A stretch of DNA of 64,000 bases. It comes from Fidelibacterota bacterium. Lineage in GTDB: Bacteria; Fidelibacterota; Marinisomatia; SCGC-AAA003-L08; JACNLC01. Within the stretch, counting starts at the first letter, position 1; each line of letters opens with the position of its first letter. A program made the translations under genes and the position numbers. The notes under the pieces were generated by a model. It worked only from the letters and a program-made list of their open reading frames with translations, was not told the origin of the DNA and ran no database searches. The DNA is taken from contig JABMOW010000126.1 of the NCBI GenBank assembly GCA_013204025.1, positions 4,399 to 68,398 on the forward strand, in the 5' to 3' direction. Of this stretch, positions 57,531-64,000 are shown one piece after another.

Positions 57531-57877
57531 AGGTAAACTTCATCCAAATTATACCAATTTAAGATAAAATTCCGTCCTGTTGATATTAAGGCAAAGGCAT
57601 CTTTTATATTGTTTAGGGTTTACTCAGATTGATAAATTTTGCTGCTTAAAACGTTGATAACTAAATATTTTAACAGTTATGATGATGATTAAGGAGAACT
57701 GCGTGTCGGTCTGCGATCACGGAAAAGAAATTGCAATCAAGATAGGTAAGGCATCAGAAATGTGGAAAATCTGCATCCATTTTTCAGATTGTAGACAAAC
57801 CTAATCATGATCAATTTTCACATGCGGTTTATTTTACCTGGAATCATTGATGCTCTTTTCAAAATGGAGGTTCATGA

Positions 57878-59074
57878 ATGAAAATATCTTACTTTAAAAT
57901 AGTAAAGATTGTAATTTGTATGTGCACATGTTTGACAATGCTATTGTCAATTTCGAAACCTGAAATCACCCTTTCACAATATGTTGTCTCCCCCAGAATA
58001 AACTTATTTACTGATCCTGCTTATGAATATAACCAGGTACCGGGTTTAGATGAGAATGTTCTTTACCGCACTCAAATAGATTTTCGATATCAATTTTCGG
58101 AACGAGTTCATATCTCATGCATATCAGAATACGGCTCTCCGAATTTCAGATATGATCAAGACTTCCGTCTTCAATCTTTGATAGTCGATTTTAAACAGGA
58201 GAACTATAACGTATCGGTCGGTCGTCAAACATTACGTAATCCGTTTTACTATACACATATTGACGGAATCAAACTAGAAACACCCGACGGACAAGGGAAT
58301 CAATTCTCCATATCTGCAGGACTAATACCTGAATTTTTTAATAATCCGGGAACTCAAAAAAAGATCATCCAGGCTTCAGGAAAATTTACCTACGATCTTG
58401 GAGTGTCCACCCTATCTATCTGGGATATAAAAGAGAATTCCGAAAATTCATACACTGCAGGATTGATCAACCGTCATCGGATATCCGATCAGCTGAATTT
58501 CACTACCTATCTGTCATGGAATCTGAAAGAAAATATCCCTTACTATAACAAACTACATATCAGGTATGGAAAAGGTAAGCAATCTATGTATCTGGGATTT
58601 CGCCAGAGAGTATTTAACATTGAGGACCTTTATCCATGGATACCTGATGAGAATTGGGTCATTAAGTCAATGTATGTAGGCGGCTACCACAATTTATCAC
58701 ATGATCTGATGTTTAAATTACATTATAGTGTCCGATATGCCGATCGCCAGGGTTCACAGTTTCAGACATCCTTTCAATACAAGAAATATAATTTGACAAT
58801 ATTGACTGGTGACATAGATGGAAGCAAATTAACAGGAGGTATGTTTTCCGCCCGGTACGATTTAAATTCGGCGATATCATTTGGCGGAAACTTCTCATTG
58901 AACTCAGTGGATGAGATTGACGAAACCGAACTTTTAGAATCCACTTCAATTTATGGCTGGTCTGAAGTGAAAATCGGTCACAGTCTAAAAGTACGGATAT
59001 TCGGCCAATATTCTGAAAATTCTTATTACACTCAAGATGGCAGAGGAGGAATATTTTTAAGTTATGTATTCTAA
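57878..59074 (+). CDS. Putative outer-membrane beta-barrel protein (porin component of a porin-cytochrome module)
   Basis: 398-aa ORF with a GGAGG RBS 8 nt upstream and a hydrophobic signal-like N-terminus. Alternating hydrophobic/polar strands with Tyr/Gly-rich girdle residues run throughout. It has no CxxCH motif. The C-terminal ...GGIFLSYVF has the aromatic terminal residue typical of OMPs. The downstream gene starts 11 nt before its stop codon. Confidence 0.7.
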   Translation: MKISYFKIVKIVICMCTCLTMLLSISKPEITLSQYVVSPRINLFTDPAYEYNQVPGLDENVLYRTQIDFRYQFSERVHISCISEYGSPNFRYDQDFRLQSLIVDFKQENYNVSVGRQTLRNPFYYTHIDGIKLETPDGQGNQFSISAGLIPEFFNNPGTQKKIIQASGKFTYDLGVSTLSIWDIKENSENSYTAGLINRHRISDQLNFTTYLSWNLKENIPYYNKLHIRYGKGKQSMYLGFRQRVFNIEDLYPWIPDENWVIKSMYVGGYHNLSHDLMFKLHYSVRYADRQGSQFQTSFQYKKYNLTILTGDIDGSKLTGGMFSARYDLNSAISFGGNFSLNSVDEIDETELLESTSIYGWSEVKIGHSLKVRIFGQYSENSYYTQDGRGGIFLSYVF

Positions 59075-59897
59075 AATTAAATTACTTACCATTTGCATCC
59101 TTGGGGTAACCACCTGGTTATTTGCCAGGGATCAAATTGTCTTCCCTCATGATTATCATATTGGTGAAGAGGAATTGGAATGTACGTTGTGTCATGAAGA
59201 TGTCTATAATTCCAAGTCTCTGGGTAGCTCATTGCTTCCCAAGATGGATGTCTGCTCAGAATGTCACGATACGGATGATGACTGCGAACTATGTCATACA
59301 AACCCGGATGACCCACTTAGTTTTCCTCTATTCGGGAATACTTCAGGAAAGGATTTTTCTCATTCATTCCACCTGGATCGATTTATAGATTGTACTACCT
59401 GTCACTCATCCATTTTAGCGGATGATGGCCAGGGTGATCGACCTGTGTGGGAAAGTTGGAAATGTACAACCTGCCATCAATCCAACAAACCGGCGGATCA
59501 TGACCTGGCATGGAAATCCTTTCACGGAATGGATGCTGCCGCGGTCAGTGAAACACGTTGCCAATTGTGCCATACAGAAATATTCTGCGAGGACTGTCAT
59601 TCCTATCAACAGTTTGAACCTACATCTCACCCAATTAATTATATTTACCAACATTCTTTTGAAGCAAGAGCGGAGACATTTGAATGCTCCACTTGTCATA
59701 ACATTGACAACGATTGCAGGAAGTGTCATAACGAACAAATGGTTTTCCCTACAAATCACAGTTTAATTCAATGGTATGTCCCAACAGATAACCTCAGTGG
59801 TGGGTTGCACGGCGATGAAGCTATCAATAATCCAGATAATTGTCAGGTTTGTCATTCCACAACGAGCTGCATGGAATGTCATGGAGGTAACGAATGA
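59064..59897 (+). CDS. Periplasmic undecaheme c-type cytochrome (11 CxxCH)
   Basis: 277-aa ORF with a Sec signal peptide (MYSKIKLLTICILGVTTWLFA). I counted 11 CxxCH motifs. It has a c7/c3-like start, FPHDYHIGEEELECTLCH. Confidence 0.9.
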   Translation: MYSKIKLLTICILGVTTWLFARDQIVFPHDYHIGEEELECTLCHEDVYNSKSLGSSLLPKMDVCSECHDTDDDCELCHTNPDDPLSFPLFGNTSGKDFSHSFHLDRFIDCTTCHSSILADDGQGDRPVWESWKCTTCHQSNKPADHDLAWKSFHGMDAAAVSETRCQLCHTEIFCEDCHSYQQFEPTSHPINYIYQHSFEARAETFECSTCHNIDNDCRKCHNEQMVFPTNHSLIQWYVPTDNLSGGLHGDEAINNPDNCQVCHSTTSCMECHGGNE

Positions 59898-61897
59898 AGA
59901 TAAAAAATATTCTATCAGTTTTTGTAGTCTTGTCCCTAATACTACTGATAAATAGATGTTCCGAGACCGTTCAACCAAATGTTCATCCCGTTGAATGGAT
60001 GGATACTTCCAGCGAAAACTTTCACGGCAGACAACTTTTAAATGAAGGGTTGGGGGGAATAGAGTATTGCCGAACATGCCATGGTGAAAACCTGAATGGC
60101 GGTAATGCAGACATCGCCTGTGACCAATGCCATGCTGGTGGTTTAAGTGGCCACCCCGCTTGGAATGCATTTGTTACGAGTGTCGACAGTTTGACGCACC
60201 ATGGTCGTTTCTTTTATGAAAACGGGATCGATGGCGTAGAGTATTGTAAAAATTGTCACGGCGATGATTTGACTGGCGGTTTAGCTGGGTACTCATGTTA
60301 CCAGTGCCACAGCGGTGGACCAACCGGACATCCAGCTGATTCGATTTTCATGTCTTTTTCCTCTGGTCAGTTCCACGGTGAAGGGAGAGAATGGCAATCG
60401 GGTACATCTCATTGTATGAATTGTCACGGAGATAATCTGGATGGTGGTGTAGCTGAATATACCTGCAGAGAGTGCCATACCGAAGAACTTCCCGTACACA
60501 CTCATGATCCGGGATGGATCGATATTTCATCCCCTCTGTTTCATGGATCTGATTATATTTGGGATTCTGTTACGGTTTTGTGCATAGGTTGTCACGGAGA
60601 CAATCTGGATGGTGGAATGCTTACCATCAATTGTGGAGACTGTCACTCTAGTCAATTACCAATGCACACCCATGACCCGGACTTTGGGGATTATGGTACA
60701 CTTTTATTTCATGGAAACCAGTTTGACTGGGATAACGATCTGAACTTATGTTTTACTTGTCATGGAGAGGACCTCGATGGTGGATCCGCTCAGTTTTCCT
60801 GCAGAGGTTGCCATGCAGAAGAGCTTCCGTTACATACGCATGCACCGGAGTTTAATCAATATGCAGCCGATGGATTTCATGGTGATGTATTCAGTTGGGG
60901 TACCGATCTGACCTTGTGCTCCAATTGTCATGGTGTAAACCTTGATGGTGGTGAAGTTGATTTTTCGTGCCGTAATTGCCACACAATTGGTCTACCCTTA
61001 CATACTCATGACCTTGGATCGTTAATCTATGGTTCTCCTGAATTTCATGGAGACTATTTCGACTGGGAAATGGATGCCAATACATGCAAATCTTGTCATG
61101 GCGACGCTCTAAACGGCGGATTTGTCGGTTTATCATGCAGGACTTGCCATACAGAAGAATTACCATACCATGCACACGGCGCTTCTGCACTTGACCCATT
61201 TTCCCCTGACTATCACGGTAAACTTCTTTGGGAAAATGGTTGGGATTTCGATGCCTGTGGGAATTGCCATGGCGCAGACCTTAGTGGAGGAATAGTTAAT
61301 GTTAGTTGTACCGCCAGCTGTCACCAAGAACAAAATGGACTTGGATATTGCGCTAATTGCCACGGAGACCGACTAAGCGGAAATCCTGTACCGCCATTGG
61401 GAATCATGAATAGCGATGACCCCAGCGATCTGTCTGTGGGTACGCATCAGATTCATTTAAACTCTGCAATTGCTATTGTCTCCTGTAGTGATTGCCATGT
61501 TATTCCCAATGATTATTTGGATGATGGACATCTGGGAGCAGATAATCGGGCAGAAGTTGTAATCACAGAAGATTTCAATTTTTATCAGCTCATCCCGGAA
61601 TATGATTATTCTACCGGGACATGTTCAAACAGCTATTGTCACGGCGGATTTTCATTTCCAAAAGCTGGAAGCAGTGCAGCATGGGTTCATACGCAGGATG
61701 AGATTATCGGAAATAATCAGCCGATGATTTGGAATGATCTGCAAAGCTTGACCTGTACCGGCTGTCACGGTTTACCTCCGGAAGGTCATTTGAATAATGG
61801 TCTTCCTTGTATCAACTGTCATTCAAGTGTGGTAAACGGATCTTTACAAATTATTAATCCACCACTACATATCAACGGAGAAATTAATCGTAATTAA
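59894..61897 (+). CDS. Large multiheme c-type cytochrome, probable lipoprotein (19 CxxCH + one CX3CH + one CX4CH)
   Basis: 667-aa ORF whose start forms an ATGA overlap with the upstream gene. The signal peptide ends LLINRC (Cys22). Eight tandem di-heme modules are followed by a C-terminal CANCHG...CSDCH...CSNSYCHGG...CTGCHGLPP...CINCH region resembling the Geobacter CxxxxCH...CXXCH domain. Confidence 0.9.
   Translation: MKIKNILSVFVVLSLILLINRCSETVQPNVHPVEWMDTSSENFHGRQLLNEGLGGIEYCRTCHGENLNGGNADIACDQCHAGGLSGHPAWNAFVTSVDSLTHHGRFFYENGIDGVEYCKNCHGDDLTGGLAGYSCYQCHSGGPTGHPADSIFMSFSSGQFHGEGREWQSGTSHCMNCHGDNLDGGVAEYTCRECHTEELPVHTHDPGWIDISSPLFHGSDYIWDSVTVLCIGCHGDNLDGGMLTINCGDCHSSQLPMHTHDPDFGDYGTLLFHGNQFDWDNDLNLCFTCHGEDLDGGSAQFSCRGCHAEELPLHTHAPEFNQYAADGFHGDVFSWGTDLTLCSNCHGVNLDGGEVDFSCRNCHTIGLPLHTHDLGSLIYGSPEFHGDYFDWEMDANTCKSCHGDALNGGFVGLSCRTCHTEELPYHAHGASALDPFSPDYHGKLLWENGWDFDACGNCHGADLSGGIVNVSCTASCHQEQNGLGYCANCHGDRLSGNPVPPLGIMNSDDPSDLSVGTHQIHLNSAIAIVSCSDCHVIPNDYLDDGHLGADNRAEVVITEDFNFYQLIPEYDYSTGTCSNSYCHGGFSFPKAGSSAAWVHTQDEIIGNNQPMIWNDLQSLTCTGCHGLPPEGHLNNGLPCINCHSSVVNGSLQIINPPLHINGEINRN
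59996..61333 (+). repeat. Eight in-frame tandem ~168-nt (56-aa) di-heme modules inside the 21-heme cytochrome gene
   Basis: The first-heme cysteines fall at aa 59, 118, 174, 230, 286, 342, 398 and 455, giving spacings of 59/56/56/56/56/56/57. The module consensus is FHG..(F/W)........C..CHG.NLDGG.....C..CH.EELP.HTHDP. Confidence 0.85.
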
Positions 61898-62059
61898 TTC
61901 GAAAATCTGATTAGATAAAAGATAGATTAGTAAAAGTAAAGAAAATCGAATTTTGAACAAAATTAAACGTCTGTAAACATTTGGTAGCGTGGTCGATATC
62001 TCTTCGACCACCTGAGATGAATCGGACATATATTCTTATAGAACGAACTTAAGGACCAA

Positions 62060-64000
62060 ATGAAGAAATATCTTAATTTGCTTTTGAGTGTTGTCCTCAT
62101 TGCTTTGAGCCTTTCTCAGGACAATGATACCTGTGAAGATTGCCATGATGACGAGTCGTTGTCCATTGTAAAATATGGGCTCGAATATTCACTGTATGTT
62201 ACCAGCGACCATCTTGAAGATTCTCCCCATGAAGGATTCGATTGCATAGATTGTCATACGGACTTGGATGGAGTTGAAGATTTCCCTCATACTGAACGGT
62301 TAATTCTTCCCGATTGCGGTAATTGCCATGAAGAGGCAGCTGCTGAATTTATTGAGGGATTTTTTCAGCCTTTAAGGGACAAAGGATATACTTCTATTCC
62401 AAAATGTGCTGATTGTCACGGTACTCACAAAGTTTCATGGAAGGGTGAGCCGCGACAGGTTTGTGGTATTTGTCATCAGGATATTCTCGATGATTTTCTG
62501 CACTCTGCTCACTGGAAAGAAGATCAGACATCCGATCTTACCTGCGTCACTTGCCATTCACCACATAATAAAGTTGAAAAAGAATCTTTCACACCCAGTC
62601 AGTGGAAAATCCATATTACTGAGTACTGTCGTGATTGCCATGCATCTGAAGTGGCCAATTATGACTTAAGCGGCCATTTTAACGAAGTTGAAAACGGAAA
62701 TCTTTCCGCCCCCATCTGCGTTGACTGCCATGATCAGCATAAAGTATTGTCGCCCCTAGATTCTCAAAGCCGTGTCTCCGTTGCCCGATTGGATGTAACC
62801 TGCACAAAATGTCATATAGATTATGAAAAATCTATCCACCGATTAGAAGTGCAAGATGATCCGCGTCTGGAGACCTGTGTTGTATGCCACACTGGACATG
62901 AGACTGCCATGAATGATAAGACTCGTTCCGGTGTGTTCGACCTTCATCTGAGTCAGGTTTGTTTAAAATGTCATGAGGTGAGTCTGATTACCGGTGAAAA
63001 TGATGCCCATGGTTCCATCCATCGAACCGAACTGGAAAAAATTAATAATGGCCAGAATGCAGATTGCGGAAACTGTCACGCATATCACTTCACAACCGAA
63101 GGTCACCTCATCCACTCCGGATTACAAAAATCATGTGCCGACTGTCACCCGAAACAACAACAGGAATATGAAAAATCGTCCCATTATGTTGCCTTGGAAA
63201 AAGGACACCCTGAAGCCCCCGGATGTATGACCTGTCATGGATTGAGTGAAATTCAGAAACCCAAGGGGCAGCTTACCGGAAAAAATGTAGTAGATATGTG
63301 TGGAAGATGTCATGGCGATCGGGAAATGACCCTAAAATTCCAGTTGAGTACAGAGGTTATGGCAGGATATGAGTCTTCTTATCATGGACAGATGTATCAG
63401 TTGGGATATCAGGGTGAAGAGTTTGCCACCTGTGTTTCCTGTCATGACAATCACTCAATCATGCCAAGTGATGACCCGGAATCCTCTATCGGTCAGGCAC
63501 ACATCATGGAGACTTGTGCCCAATGTCATAAGAACGTTACACCAAATTTCGTGCGCTATCTGCAGCACTACACACCAATGGTCACAGAAAAAAATGTGCC
63601 TTTGCATATGATCCATACATTCATGCTTTGGCTTTTGGGAGTCACATTGTTCATCTTTGGTGGACACACAATTCTGTGGTTTATACGTTTGATCATTAAA
63701 AGAGTTATCGATGGACCCATCAAAAAAGTACCAAAATCTAATACTCGAATTATCCGGTTTAAACCCTTCGAAAGGATTATGCATTTAGGTGTTATTATCT
63801 CTTTTATAACCTTGGCTACTACAGGGTTACCCTTGAAATACAGTCATTCAAAATTGGCTACCTGGTTTGTAAATAATATCATTGGTTTTGAGAATGCTGC
63901 TTTATTGCACAGGGCAGCTGCGATTTTAATATTTACCGTATTTTTTATACACCTATGCATCATCATATATAAAGCATTCGTTATAAAGAAAAAAGGCGTA
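62060..64000 (+). CDS. Multiheme c-type cytochrome (17 CxxCH) fused to a cytochrome-b-type (FdnI/HydC/b561-like) membrane domain; 3'-truncated by the window edge
   Basis: This ORF is absent from the ORF track because it has no stop codon in the window. I translated it by hand: ATG at 62060 (AAGGA RBS), then 647 uninterrupted codons to 64000. It has a signal peptide (MKKYLNLLLSVVLIALSLSQ) and 17 CxxCH, many in the paired form CxxCHxxH. From nt ~63600 there are at least 3 TM helices with His residues (FERIMHLGVIISFITLATTGLPLKY; LLHRAAAILIFTVFFIHL). Confidence 0.85.
   Translation, partial: MKKYLNLLLSVVLIALSLSQDNDTCEDCHDDESLSIVKYGLEYSLYVTSDHLEDSPHEGFDCIDCHTDLDGVEDFPHTERLILPDCGNCHEEAAAEFIEGFFQPLRDKGYTSIPKCADCHGTHKVSWKGEPRQVCGICHQDILDDFLHSAHWKEDQTSDLTCVTCHSPHNKVEKESFTPSQWKIHITEYCRDCHASEVANYDLSGHFNEVENGNLSAPICVDCHDQHKVLSPLDSQSRVSVARLDVTCTKCHIDYEKSIHRLEVQDDPRLETCVVCHTGHETAMNDKTRSGVFDLHLSQVCLKCHEVSLITGENDAHGSIHRTELEKINNGQNADCGNCHAYHFTTEGHLIHSGLQKSCADCHPKQQQEYEKSSHYVALEKGHPEAPGCMTCHGLSEIQKPKGQLTGKNVVDMCGRCHGDREMTLKFQLSTEVMAGYESSYHGQMYQLGYQGEEFATCVSCHDNHSIMPSDDPESSIGQAHIMETCAQCHKNVTPNFVRYLQHYTPMVTEKNVPLHMIHTFMLWLLGVTLFIFGGHTILWFIRLIIKRVIDGPIKKVPKSNTRIIRFKPFERIMHLGVIISFITLATTGLPLKYSHSKLATWFVNNIIGFENAALLHRAAAILIFTVFFIHLCIIIYKAFVIKKKGV

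Noticed and set aside
59086-60530. Long antisense and alternate-frame ORFs across the cytochrome genes (59086-59316 -, 59415-59759 -, 59422-59766 +, 59763-60170 -, 60293-60530 -)
   Set aside because: The sense frames carry regularly spaced CxxCH motifs and signal peptides. The shadow ORFs arise from the His/Cys/Asp/Gly-rich codon composition and have no start context.
61989-62011. 8-bp hairpin (GTGGTCGA/TCGACCAC) between the 21-heme and 17-heme genes as a terminator
   Set aside because: No U-tract follows it on either strand. It could be an RNA-processing or stability element, but it cannot be called a terminator. I therefore cannot say whether gene 4 is co-transcribed.
1-64000. Mobile elements, prophage, CRISPR arrays, tRNA or rRNA genes
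   Set aside because: I found no transposase, integrase or phage-like ORFs, no regularly spaced direct repeats, and no tRNA-like T-arm or acceptor patterns in the intergenic regions. This visual scan cannot exclude small or degenerate elements.

Overview
This 64-kb chromosomal window comes from a moderately AT-rich Gram-negative bacterium. It is densely coding, with about 50 CDS, mostly on the minus strand and often with 1-26 nt start/stop overlaps. Reading by eye, I found no rRNA, tRNA, CRISPR array, transposase or integrase. Recognisable housekeeping genes are polA, uvrB, uvrC, purD, asnS, nadE, alr, rsmE, comEC and an SppA-type peptidase. Between them lie four other gene groups. (i) A tightly packed cell-wall sugar recycling string: NamZ-like DUF1343, a Na+/solute symporter, a GH3-beta-lactamase fusion, alr, a BadF-type sugar kinase and an ABC-2 exporter. 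(ii) Secreted proteins carrying dockerin-like modules, one of which also has a cohesin-like domain and a T9SS C-terminal sorting domain. (iii) Signalling proteins: a sensor kinase whose periplasmic domain has a CxxCH motif, a 7TMR-DISM diguanylate cyclase and a sigma-54 activator. (iv) A three-gene block of orphan membrane or coiled-coil proteins. The T9SS CTD, the Bacteroidetes-style LptE and the dockerin modules suggest an FCB-superphylum-like organism, but this is inference only. The strongest candidate for a novel system is the 3'-terminal ~6.1 kb (57878 to the window end). It encodes a heme-free outer-membrane beta-barrel translationally coupled to an 11-heme cytochrome and then to a 21-heme cytochrome. 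The 21-heme protein is built from eight tandem 56-aa di-heme modules plus a CX4CH...CXXCH tail. A 17-heme cytochrome fused to a cytochrome-b-type membrane domain follows and runs off the window. Together these carry 49 heme-binding motifs and look like a complete quinol-to-cell-surface (porin-cytochrome-type) electron conduit with an architecture I do not recognise from Geobacter or Shewanella. All family assignments rest on motif recognition in the supplied translations; no database search was run.
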